From: Sphaerodactylus townsendi
Taxonomy: Eukaryota
Assembly: GCF_021028975.2 (NCBI RefSeq)
Contig: NC_059426.1
Coordinates: 126,294,001-126,358,000, forward strand
DNA: 64,000 nucleotides
Direction of reading: 5' to 3'
This document shows positions 12,511 to 24,237 of this stretch, piece by piece; position 1 is the first letter of the stretch, and each line of letters opens with the position of its first letter. Position numbers and translations under genes: made by a program. The notes below the pieces were generated by a model. It saw only the letters and a program-made list of their open reading frames with translations. It was not told where the DNA came from and did no database searches.

Positions 12511-13034
12511 TTGTTAATGTAACCCCCATGCCCAGAATGGGTTGAACCAGTAAGGGGGTGGAGACTCAGAGCAGCAGAAAGGCTGCAGAGCTCTTTGGAG
12601 AAGACAAGACTACCAGACTCGGACCTTGGTTCTATAAGCCCTTAACACCTTGTTAAGGGTTTTCTTTTTGTGGTTGTAATGGGTGAGAGTTCTCCTGGAA
12701 ACCTTCATCATGTTGCATCCTGTTCATCAAGCCCTTGGAGTCTTCAGGAGCCAACCCACTTGCAAAGAAGAATTGGACTTGGCAGTATCAGTAAACTGTA
12801 ACTAGAAGGACTTGAAATGCAACCTGACCTTGAATTGTAATGTTTAAATGTTGATGTTTAATGTTATTTGTAAAGAGAAGTAAATTGTTTTGTTTAAATT
12901 TGGTTCTTTGCAACTCCTTCCAAGTACTGCCCCACAGAACCCACAAGCTGAGGTTACATTAAGACTTCTAGGAATTAAATGTTGTTTCCTTCATGCAGTT
13001 ATTAATTTCTAATCCTTGCAAGGACAAATTAGCA

Positions 13035-13210
13035 CATTGGTTCTCAATCTTCCTAATGCCGCGACCCTTTAATACAGTTCCTCATGTTGTAGTGACCCCC
13101 AACCCTAATACTTATTCATTTTACAGATGGAGAACACTGATAGTCTTAGGCGACCCCTGTGTGTTGTTCGACCCCCAAAGGGGTCCTGACCCACAGGTTG
13201 AGAACCACTG
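13035..13210. mobile_element. SPIN/URR1-like hAT MITE
   Basis: TIR CAGTGGTTCTCAACCT-like; internal GCCGCGACCCTTTAATACAGTTCCTCATGTTGT matches the URR1/SPIN MITE consensus as I recall it; perfect 8-bp TSD AATTAGCA. Confidence 0.85.
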
Positions 13211-14949
13211 AATTAGCACATCACAACACCCCATCAATTGAACTGTGTTAAGGAGCAGCTCAACTTGCTATCTATCAGTTCTAGTGTTCGTGTATTTTGA
13301 AGCTTTTTTCATCTATGAATGTTCCCCATACTGCTATTTATTTTATAAAAACATTATTGTATGTGTTTTTTCTACTTTCTTTGCAAACCCACCCCTCTTT
13401 TATGCTTTCTTCACAAAGATAATAGCCCATCCCAATCATTTTTAAATAGCCCTTTCTTTTTTGTATCTTTTGCATTACATTTTTAGATGTACAGTGACCA
13501 GAAATGCACACATTATGTCCACATATGTAGACTTAGGAAATGACCAAAAACACCTTTCACAATTGCAATTGTTGTTTTTCCCCACATTGCTGCAGCACAC
13601 AGAATAAATGTTTTCAGTTAATTTTTTACACTTCAACATAAAAATCTGACTTTTAATGTGCACTCATTAATACATTAATTTACACTATATTATTCTGCCT
13701 GTGCACATTTCTACATGCTTAACACTAGATATCACATGCCATTATTTTTCTAGTTACTCAGATTGGATAGGACTTCTGTCTACTGTGGACTTATTTTCTC
13801 ATATTTACTACGAAAAATATTGCAGGATTTCTTTTCATGATCGGAAACTGCCTTTGTCAAACAATTTTTAATGTATTTCTTGTTGCTGCAAAGAATCCAG
13901 AAAACTCAGATCAAATTATTACTTGTACTGTCAGCATGTGACATGGTTTCAGAATTAAGTTTTGTTGCAGGAAAGTAATGTAATTCCTCTTCCACTTACC
14001 ATGATAATCATGTAGGTGTACTGTAAGTCACTCAAGCTTCAAAAGAAGAACACTAAAGACACCATTGCATTTGCTGGGTCCAGGCTTCAGGCCCTTTCAA
14101 GCATACAGACTGTGCCCAAATAATTATAAAGACATTTTGATATGTGTATTATTGGAACTGGTTCAGTTCTTCCTAAAAGGCTTCAGATATTATAACCGCA
14201 AATGATTGCTCAGAAGCCAGGATTTTGAAAGCCATGAAGCTGGCAGTTAAAAACTCCCACTGGGCAATTCTGCTCTTCAGGTTAACAATCATTACAACTG
14301 TTCAGCGAGCCCCACTGTACAATTAATTTATTGGAATGAGAATGTGCAGTGATCCAGGAACAAAACAGCAGAATGGTAGCCAACCATAGTAAAGTGAGAA
14401 TGGCAATAGGCAGCAATTAAAAATCTGTTGTATTCCAGGCTTGTTGAACCATGCAGCCCCCTGCCTACTTAATCCAGATTCATACCAACCTGTTGCAACC
14501 CAGTATGATCTGTTTTTGAACACATCGTTCTGAGGCCTGCTGCTGTCCAGAGAAAATATGATTCAGTAGATGGTGCTCTAAAATGCACAACTGGGGTGTC
14601 TTACACGAGGCAGGTCTACTCTTCAATGTTAAAATTTTTTAGAAGTATAAACAGGGTATGAAGCATGCACAAAATTCTCCCAGCATAGGGGCAATTTAGA
14701 GATTCATTTCTACTCATGCCATGAAAGCTTGCTGGGTGGCCTTGGGCCAGTCACACACTCTTAGCCTTCACCTTGGCAAGTGTATGGATGGGAAGCCTCC
14801 AAGGAATACCAGGGTCGTGATGCAGAGGCAGGCAATGGCAAACCACCTCTGGATGTCTCTTGCCTTGAAGATCCTACAGGGATGCCATAACTATAACTTG
14901 ACACCAAAGCAAACAACCACCACCACCTTTCCACTGCCTTTTATTGAAG

Positions 14950-15150
14950 CCCTAATAGCCCAGACCAGGCAAATCTCATCATAGCTTGGAAGCTAAGCAG
15001 GGCAGTGCTTGGATGGGAGACCATCAAGGAACACTGAAGGTGCAACACACAGGAAGACCATGCCAAACCACATCTGCTCATCTTTTGCCTTGAAAACCCA
15101 CGAGGTGGAACTTCATGGGGTTACCATAAGCCAGTTACAACATGATAGCA
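14950..15150 (+). mobile_element. 5S-derived SINE with RTE-like tail
   Basis: AGCTAAGCAGGG (5S box A, 14991) and TGGATGGGAG (box C, 15010), followed by the shared tail. Confidence 0.6.
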
Positions 15151-16685
15151 CACTTTGCCTTTATTTTGATTTGGGGGACCCAGAGCAGCCTAAACATTGC
15201 TCTTTGCTCCTCCATTTTTATTCACAACCACCATGCTGTGAAGTAGCTTAGGCAAAGATTATGACTGGCTGAAGGTCACCAAGTGAGATTCCATAGCAGA
15301 GTAATGATTTGAAGTTGGGTTTCCCAGATCTTAGTCTGACACCCTTTACACATCCTATAGAGAGACAACACAGTTATGGTCCCTTGTATCTGCTCCAGTC
15401 ATCTACTCCCAGCTGATTTAATGTGCAACAGTCCTGGAGTCTTGCTCACCAGAGCAAGTAAGGAGGAAATGGGTTGGCAGAGCTGTGGCTGCCCCATTTC
15501 CCTCTGCAGTGGAAGTCTGGAAGCTACACCTTAAAACAGCCATGTAGTAACGCTAAGTGTGGACAGTAAATATATTTGATTATGTGATCAAGTAAGCAGG
15601 GCAGTATAATTTTCCTTGCATGCAGAAAACCTAGCATTTTGTCATCAGTGATGCTGTAATGAGGAACTAGATGTCCTACTCAGATTCAGCAGCAGGTGGC
15701 AGAAAGGATTCCACAATGGACGTAACATCCTGAGACATGGCAGAACTTAAAACCAAAAAAAAAGATGGTTCGATATAAAACAATTTAAATGTGTGTGTGT
15801 GTGGGACTCCTTGATGAGGCAAATCTAACGAAGAACGCTGCAAAGTACTTAATTTCATTAAATTTAAGTTTCAAGTGAAATGCAGATCTGAGGCTGTTCT
15901 GAACTGAATTAAATCATAAACCTTTTGGCAGAAGCTATGCTTTTTCTATGTTCTGACATGTGTTTTGTATACATATACATATATTTATAAACCCAATGAA
16001 TAAATAAATATATACTGTTGGAGCTAAAGATACATGCAGACTAAGGCTAAAGACCAAATTCATTACAGATGGATCATGGATGGCAGGATGAAAGTCTCAC
16101 ATTTGCCACACTAAACTCAGGCAGTTTTTTGAAGGCAGAGTGAGTCTAAGTGCTCACTGATGAACAGGATTGAGGAAAGTTCATCATCTTACTGAGAAAG
16201 AAGGAAGACAACAAAGCACCAACTTATTATATGAAATCTGTTGACACAAGCTATGATTAAAGACTTTAACATTCCACCAGCTCTTACACACTGAGATAAC
16301 ATTCCAGTTGTAGGCATTCTGTAAACAATGAATACAGGTGACCATCAAATCTTTTTAAGAACATTATCTGTAATTTTCTCATTACTTTTTTTTTTGCAAG
16401 AAAGATTTTAAAAATGCAAGGCAAACCCTGACTACATGCTTCCTTGTGAACCTACCTGACCACTGCAGTCATCTTTCAAGGTTCTGTAAAAGAAATAAAT
16501 CATACTGCAAAAGCTAGTTTGCAAAACATTAATTTTTTTGCATGGCTTCTACAACAAATCAGACAAGAGTTTTTCCTTTTCCTCCACTGTTCAACAAAAC
16601 CAGCGATTACAACAATTAAAAAACAGCATGTGTGGGAAACATTCTTGCCGTATACAAATTTAAGTCTTTACAAAACATTATAATC

Positions 16686-17456
16686 TCAGGTCTCTTCCCA
16701 GTTGTCCTGCGCCCACTGAGGCATCTTGGAGCAATATTCAAAGTCTGCCCCTTTGTAGCACAAGGCATGGAGATACATCACAAGATCTTTTGGTGATGGG
16801 TCCGGTCTCACTGTTTTGCATTCTCTACATAAATGATCCTTTCCATCCTGCTGCTCACTTGTGTGAGTTTCTCCACACTCTGACTCATGAGCCTGTAACT
16901 GAAGGACAGAATTCTGAGGACATGTGAATGTTTCACCCTCACTTTCGCTCTTTGATTCATCACTTCTGCAAGAATTGGTGCTTACAGAGCTGGCCTGTGC
17001 AGGCTTCACACCATTCCCGTGGCTATCGTGTTCTTTATCTCCCACAGTTTGTGTCAGATCTTCTTCAGCTATGTCCAAGATACCCCCACTCTCTTTCGAA
17101 AGGTGTTCTCTAACCAATGCCTGCAGCAGCTCTTTGTCCGTTTTGTTAATATGGCCACCTTTACCTTTTGCAGGTCCCCAGACATCTGCATTGTAGATGG
17201 GATCATTGACAATAGGGTGCCCCAGAAACTGCAAATGGACACGAATCTGGTGGGTACGCCCGGTGTATGGAAAGCACTTCACCACACTAGTCTTGCCATT
17301 GTAACTTAGCCTCTGGAAAACCGTTTTGCAGGTTTTACCCTTGGGGTCGACTCGACACACCCCCACTTTGTAGGAAACAACCAGGATGGGTTCTTCACAG
17401 GTCACCTCAGTTTCTGGAAACTCTCCAAGTACACGGCACACATATTCCTTCTCCAG
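16686..17456 (-). CDS. RPUSD2: RPUSD2 exon 3
   Basis: LEKEYVCRV...DNWEET*; pyrimidine tract plus aag acceptor. Confidence 0.95.
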   Translation of the reverse strand: MEKEYVCRVLGEFPETEVTCEEPILVVSYKVGVCRVDPKGKTCKTVFQRLSYNGKTSVVKCFPYTGRTHQIRVHLQFLGHPIVNDPIYNADVWGPAKGKGGHINKTDKELLQALVREHLSKESGGILDIAEEDLTQTVGDKEHDSHGNGVKPAQASSVSTNSCRSDESKSESEGETFTCPQNSVLQLQAHESECGETHTSEQQDGKDHLCRECKTVRPDPSPKDLVMYLHALCYKGADFEYCSKMPQWAQDNWEET

Positions 17457-20400
17457 CTTGGGGGGTGGGGGTGGAGAAAGGAGCAAGATGAAAATCAAGA
17501 ATCAACATCAATTCAAGAGCTAGAATGCAGATATAAGTGACAAATACAGTGCTGCCTAGTCAATTATATTTCCTCTCATTTTAGAGCACCTACAGCATTT
17601 GTTGTTTAGCTTCCTTAGGCAACTCCTGTTATCTGAAAACTTACCTTGCATCTCATTGACCCATTATTTAAAACTTAAACATAGAGCTGAACAGAAAAAA
17701 AGCTCAGTTTATATATAGTCGGGCTTTTGAAAAGACCTCATAGGAAAAAAACCCTAATCCATTCAGTGGCTAAGAATATTTCTGTATTCACTTAGCATTC
17801 AGGGTATCAATTACACCTTAAATCAGAATAAATACTTATTTCCACAATACTAGCTTTGATGGCTATCCATGCACCCCTACAGCTTGCATCTTGTGGAAAA
17901 TTTTCTCATATTGGCAGGGGTAGGTGTCACCAACTCTCCCTTGATGCTGTTCCAGAGGGGGGGGGGTTCCCTTTCCCCAGGATCAGCTTTTTAAGGCGTA
18001 TTTTGGACAGCAGGAAGAATACAGAGGTGGGGAAGATACACTCCCTTCTCTACTGGATCCAAGGCAAAAACTGGAAACTATTGCAAAATCCTATCAAAAC
18101 CCAAACACTGTCATCAGAACTAGATTAATCCTATGCACAACATGCAGCACCAGTTAGATAACATGGTGAAAAGGGCTGAAAAAATATACCCAAGAGACTT
18201 TTTATTTTGAAGAAAGCTGTAATGCACTGGATTAATTAGGCAATACTGATCTTCCTTTAATTAAGTCATTTTATTACATTTAGACGGTCCCACCTCTCCT
18301 TCAGTCTATCTACAGCTACAGTGATGAGCAAACCAATGACAAATATTTGCAGAACAGCTGTAAGTAAGCTAATGACCAAGGACCAGAATTCTTGAACACC
18401 ATCTAAGTCACTCTCCTTTTCCCCTTAGTATACCATCAGCTGCCAATTTGAAATCTTAGCATTCTAAATTCTGACATTAAAATGTTATAGCTAATATAAA
18501 GGAAATTAGTGTAGGCATACTGGGAAACTACACTCTAAATGTGGGCTGATGGGAATTGTAGTCCATGAACATCTGAAGTACCAGAGTTGGACACTTCTGT
18601 TCTACAGGATTAGATGCTTTTGCAGTGCAGACCCACACTCACACACATCTTCCAACATTTACAGGGCTGTAAAGTATAGTAATAAGGAAATTAATGCACA
18701 TCCTCCAACTGCCAGTTTTAGAATTTGAAAGTGAAAAATGTATGACACTACCAGGTTGACCATACACAGAATTATGCAGAGGCAGCTGGCTGTTCCCACT
18801 TTTTGACAGGGGTGCTTGCAGGTTTGAAACACTGTTGTAGAGAAGCACTAATTTCATAACACAAACAACCTAAGAGCAACTGTGCTATCATGTTTAATGC
18901 AGTGACTAACCAGGAAGGCCTGTTGCTGTTGACCCAGGTGTGATAAGAAGCAGGATGTACAAATGCAGCAATTTGGACAATCAAAGCAAGCTCTTTTGCG
19001 TGTGTGCACATGCTGTCAAGTCACAGCTGCCTTATGGTAACCCCACAGGATTTTCAAGAAGAGATGGTTTGCCATTATCTGCCTCTATGTGAGCTGAGAG
19101 AGATCTGAGAGAACTGTGACTGGCCCAAGGTCACCCAGTAGGCGTCATGTGGAGGAAACCAGGTTCTCCAGGTTAGAACCCTGCTGCTCTTAACCACTAT
19201 GAGAGGCTGCAAATATGAAAAATGGAACTGACTGCACATCTGTTCTGCAGCCAGAGGCAGCAGTTTACATGAACAGCAATTGCATGCAAGGCAACTGGAC
19301 TGAGCATTTTTCCAGAAGCCCTTTTGGAATCCACCAATTATATGAACTAGTCCCAAAAAGATTTCAAGTGCTGTATTCAAGGGTAACATTTATTGTAAAC
19401 GTTTAAAGAAAAAAAGTATATCAAAACAATGCTAGATCTTCACCTGTCGTTCACGAACTTGCTCATCAATCCGCTTGGACACTTCTGCAGATTTGGCAAA
19501 TATAAGGACACCTGAGGTCAGGCGATCAAGCCGATGAATTGTGTGCAGCTCCTTCAGGTTATGCTCTTTACCCAAGATGAAGATGACAGTGTTGTGCCGA
19601 AATCTGCCACATGGATGGACAGGTAAGGATGAAGGCTTATCCACAACCACCACCTCCTCATTTTCTACCAGAAATTCAATCGGCTGTGCTGTGACTGGGG
19701 GTTCATGGCGATGCACCGTGTTTTGCAGGAAGTCATTATTCTGTAAGTAATGCAATTTATATTCAAAATAGCAAAGAATATTCAGGAATAGTCTGTTCCA
19801 GAATTTATGGTTAAATTCCACAGAGTAAACCAAGGAAGTACACAGTAAAAAAACAAGCTAGAAAAAGAATAGTGAAGAATAGTAAGTCAAGTTGGGTCTG
19901 CAGAACGAAGAGAGAATCAGCAAATAAATACCCCCCCATTTATTTATTTATTTATTTTATTAGGCTTTTATACCGCCCCATCCCTGAAGGGCTCTGGGCG
20001 GTGTACAGCATATAAGAATAACAATATAAAATAATTAAACATTTAAAAGCAGCGATAAAACTAGAAATTTAATTTACACAATAATCTCAGTAAATAGAGA
20101 TATAATTAGAAATATGTGATTGGCGCCCAGCATTCCAGATTTAAAATTCCCTCTCCCCTAAAAACTGCTGCTATATTATTTTAAGGACCAGCACATTGCT
20201 GAAACAGGACCTCTGGATCCAAATCCATATATGAAAGGTACTTGGTAGAAAACTGGCTTTTTAGCCTCCTGCAGCGAACCAGTCATATTGAACTTGTGTC
20301 AAGACTACATCAGTGAATGAACTGTTGGAGGAGTGAACGCCTTGTCACACAGAGCTCGACACAGAGTGCCAGCAACTAGTCCAATCTATCTGAGTGAGTA

Positions 20401-22810
20401 TGAAGCTCCGCACAAACCTATTTAAAATGCTGAACTGAGAAAACCACAACTTTGCTCTTCACTTTTCTGGCCACTGACCAGAAGAAAAAAGACCAAAAAA
20501 TGCATATAAATCCTCCACGCAACAAGTGGTCATTTTTACCCTCAGCCAGCCTAAGGTGGTGAGAAAACTGTGAGCTGGGAGCAGAAAGAAAGAGGATGTA
20601 ATAAGACGGTGGTGCAAAGCATGTGCTATGGGCACAAAGGGAAGGAGATATCATGGGGTACTGGCTATGGGAAATCCAGTAGGGGAGAAGTACCAAAGTT
20701 TGCAAGTTGGGGGTAGTGTGAAGAGAGCCATGCAAGACTGCGATGAAGGGAGAGTGTGTTTCATACTGAAGAGAGAAAAATAGGAAGTGTTAGAAAGAGA
20801 GATAAGAAACAAGAAGCAAACACTGATGTGACTCTTTGGAGTTAATACAAATTGTACACATGAGTTGTCGAAGGCTTTCACGGCCGGAATCACTTGGGTG
20901 CTGTGTGGTTTCCGGGCTGTATGGCCGTGTTCTAGCAGCATTCTCTCCTGACGTTTCGCCTGCATCTGTGGCTCATCATGATCCTCTGAAGATGCCAGCC
21001 ACAGATGCAGGCGAAACGTCAGGAGAGAATGCTGCTAGAACACGGCCATACAGCCCGGAAACCACACAGCACCCAAATGTACACATGAGCTCTACATCTG
21101 ACAGCTAACATCCTGATCTACTTCCCTTCATAAGTGAGGGATTATATATGTTTGATCCCTAGAGGGAAACATTTTCTCTGCATGGACAACTAGATATCAG
21201 GATTCTCTTCCCCAATATGCCCCACTGAAATATATGACTGAAGCCTTCTGAAGATACCACTCTTCAAATGGATGAGATCAGTAGTTGCCTACACTCAAGT
21301 ATCTCTGTTGTGGCCATTTTGGGGCCAAGGAAGTTAAGGTGGCCAAAGACGTCAAGGTGGCTCCCACACTTCTAATTTTCACACAGAATTTAAAATGGAA
21401 TTGTTCAAGACAGCATTTTTATAAAAGGTGTAATAAAAGGAATTGGTTAGGAGGGGTGCTTTCAGGATGGAATACGGTTGTGCTTTATAGCATTGCTTAT
21501 TGCATGCATTACCTTGTTTGTACTGCATTGTTTATGACTTGGTAACCTAATTGCTGCAAGTTTACAGTATATCTATGCAGGTTTCTTCATTCCATTATTT
21601 TCCTAATTTCGTAAAGTGCTTTGAGCATCAGTGAGACAAGCAGACCATAAATGCAATACACTGGCCATTCTCCCTCTACCACTCACCATTCCTGGGTGAG
21701 AAAGCAGCAGATAAGGAAATAAGAATTTGAACTGAAATTTCTACTCTACCAAGGTCAACAGAGAAGTATTGCAGCCCTGTTTGTAGCTGCAGTCCCACCC
21801 CATATCCAGCTTGCATCTCCCTGGAAGAAAAGCAAGGGGGATGGAGGGTCAGGAGAAGAACCGAACCAATCCCCTATTCCCGACACGTTAGGTTTCTGCA
21901 CGCAGCGTTTCTGTTCTTCCGTTCTGGAAAGGTGCCGACATATGACACATTCCGAAATAGTACAGTCTGGAAACAGGTATTGTCCACCTCTCATAACACG
22001 AGCGCTAGGAGTTTTTTACTACTGGTTTAAAGAGTCCTGACTACATTTGAACTGCTGTACGTAAAGGTCTTGTTTGTTTTGGTTTTTTTTTTTTTAACAG
22101 ATGCTGTCTTTCGACATTAGCTCCCACGCGTGTCGCACTTTTTGCGAAGCGACGGGCTGGACTACGATGTGCTTTTAAACCGGGTAGGGAACCTGCGGCT
22201 CTCCAGATGTTTAAGACTACAATTCCCATCAGCCTACCAGCATGACCCAATTGGCCCATGCTGACGAAACTGATGAAGTGCTGGTCCTAATCTGGTTAAA
22301 CAAACGCTTTGATTGCTGCTCACTCGCCTTGAGGACGACGCTGAGGTCCCGGACGGGTTGCTCGTTGAGGCGGAGGCGGCCGGCGCTGGCCGCGGCCCGG
22401 TAGTACTGGAGGGGCTGGGCGCGGAACTCGCTGCTGAAGACGTCCAGGAGGCTCCTGCCCAGCCAGCGGCCCTTGCAGTAGCTCTCGAAGTCGAAGTAGT
22501 AGGGCCGCACCTTCCGCAGCCCGCCCTCGAAATAGTAGCTGGTCTCGGCGAAATGCGCCTCGCTGAAGCCCACGCCGGGATTCCGCTTCTTCGGAGGCGG
22601 CACGTAGCGCTTCTCGCCCTCCTCCGGCAGCCCGGCCCTCTTCTCCGGCAACAGCCGCCGCCGCCGCCGCTTCGCGGGCGGGGGGAAGCCGGCCTGCTCG
22701 TTGGCCTCGGAGAGCAGCTTCTCCGCCATGCCTGCGCCGCCCACAGCAACCGGTGAACCGCGCCGGCCTCCCCAGGCAGGCACGAGAGACGGAAGCCGCC
22801 CACGATGCAT
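16686..22810 (-). CDS. RPUSD2: RNA pseudouridine synthase D2; join(22328..22810,19444..19740,16686..17456), 516 aa from the first ATG (alternative ATG at 22729)
   Basis: RluA-family motifs [20 protein letters not shown] (catalytic Asp), [18 protein letters not shown] and [10 protein letters not shown]. Both introns phase 0; first intron is GC-AG. Confidence 0.96.
19444..19740 (-). CDS. RPUSD2: RPUSD2 exon 2
   Basis: [15 protein letters not shown]...VRERQ; cag acceptor, GTGAAG donor. Confidence 0.96.
20865..21077. mobile_element. Penelope-like element remnant: inverted pseudo-LTR palindrome
   Basis: Near-perfect ~85-bp inverted arms; 12-bp TSD TGTACACATGAG; same sequence as the terminal repeat of the Penelope ORF fragment at 45853. 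Confidence 0.85.
20982..21024 (+). ncRNA. Minimal type I hammerhead ribozyme motif (Penelope-associated)
   Basis: UCCU-CUGAAGA-U-GCC(loop)GGC-GAAA-C-GUC^AGGA: stem I UCCU/AGGA, conserved core, palindromic ACGU in place of stem III, GUC cleavage triplet. Confidence 0.75.
22328..22810 (-). CDS. RPUSD2: RPUSD2 exon 1 (in CpG island)
   Basis: [20 protein letters not shown]...CKGRW...DLSVVLK; donor AAG|GCGAGT. Confidence 0.9.
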
Positions 22811-23435
22811 GCTCGGCCAACCTCCGCCCACGTGCCACCCCAAGGCCTGGCGCCTCGGTGACGAAGCAGGTGAGCGACGAAAACGAAGAGGAGGACGAGC
22901 CCCAGGACGGCCAAGTTTCTCCTCCGTAAGCTTAAGGCAGGAGTAAGTTTGCGGATAGCCCTGTGGGTCTGCAGAAGAAGAACAAGATTCGAGTCCGGCA
23001 GCTCAGCTTTTCCAGGGTGGAGGTTTTCCAGAGTCAACGGCCCCCTTTCTCAGATAGCTGGGGAGGTGGCAGAAAGGATGGCAGAGGGGGTTCTGCAGTG
23101 CTCACCTAGCTAATGTGTTCCTGCAAGGGAGAAAACTAGGCCAGCAAAAAGGGGGAGAAGGCGATTTCTTCTAGTTTTCTTTGCATATTCCTAATGGGAA
23201 GTGGACATCCATGAGATAAGATGCTAGTGATGCATTTCATTCTGCCACCTCCATAAGCTATTACCTCTCCACTTTAGGTTGTCATTACATAACATGCTAA
23301 ACTGATGTCAGGATTACAAAGCATATACTCTGTGTACAATATACCACTCTATAGTGATAGTATTAACTATTATTTAGGCAGATCAGCTTGTATGTGCAGT
23401 ATCTTGGGATCAAAACGGAAAGCTAACAACATTGT

Positions 23436-23678
23436 ATTGTCGAAGGCTTTCATGGCCGGATTCAACTAGTTGTGGGTTTTCCGGTCTGTGTGGCCATGGT
23501 CTGGTAGATCTTGTTCCTAACATTTCGCCTGCATCTGTGACTGGCATCTTCAGAGGTGTATCACAGAGGGAAGTCTGTTACACATTGTGTCCAGTGAGAA
23601 AGGAAATGCCAGCCACAGATGCAGGCGAAATGTTAGGAACAAGATCTACCAGACCAATGCCACACAGCCTGGGAAAAT
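23436..23678. mobile_element. Penelope-like inverted pseudo-LTR palindrome (second subfamily)
   Basis: 12-bp TSD TAACAACATTGT; hammerhead-like core on the minus strand. Confidence 0.8.
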
Positions 23679-23840
23679 TAACAACATTGTGTTCTTCTGA
23701 TTATCCAGTGGCAACTAGGTGGACATCTGTGGAAATACAATGCTAAGACTGGAGAGAACTTGGTCTGCTTCAATTTAACACAATGTAAGACTTCCATCCA
23801 ATGAGTAAATGAAAGAAAGAAAATGAGCCAGGTTTAATTT

Positions 23841-23846
23841 TTTATT
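23841..23846 (-). terminator. Probable polyadenylation signal of the PCMT1-like gene
   Basis: AATAAA on the minus strand ~380 nt after the RDEI stop codon. Confidence 0.55.
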
Positions 23847-24224
23847 AACTGATCCACTATGTCACTTTCAGCAGTAGATGTTCAAACAGGAACATTTTCC
23901 AACTAGCATTAAAGGTACATTTAAAATATACCATAATCTACAAAAAAAGAAAAAGACAGCTGAACCAACATTAAAGTTATTTTTAAATTTACTTAAATGA
24001 TTGGTCACAGCTGCAACAGTTCTTGGGAATAAAGATTCTGGGGAGTCTGTCTCCAGACAGTCTCATTACCCAAAATTGTATTTGTGATATTACCAAGGGC
24101 GTAGAGAAAAGGTTCATTAAAAAAACCCAAAGCCTTATATGTGTGTATATGCAGCATATGAATGCCTGATCCAAGCACGGTTGACAGGCTTTCCAAGAGA
24201 TCCTTTACAAGTGATTTAACTCAT

Positions 24225-24237
24225 TTAAATTTCATCC
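24225..24237 (-). CDS. PCMT1-like terminal coding exon (R-D-E-I-stop)
   Basis: tctctctttctctag|G GAT GAA ATT TAA; phase 2 matches exon 7; parallels the RDEL exon of PCMT1 isoform II. Confidence 0.82.

Noticed and set aside
14950-15030. 5S rRNA gene
   Set aside because: Too diverged, partial and fused to a retroposon tail; it is a SINE head.
22234-23037. Several long overlapping ORFs (267, 172 and 147 aa)
   Set aside because: Alternative frames of the GC-rich RPUSD2 exon 1; stop-poor by composition.
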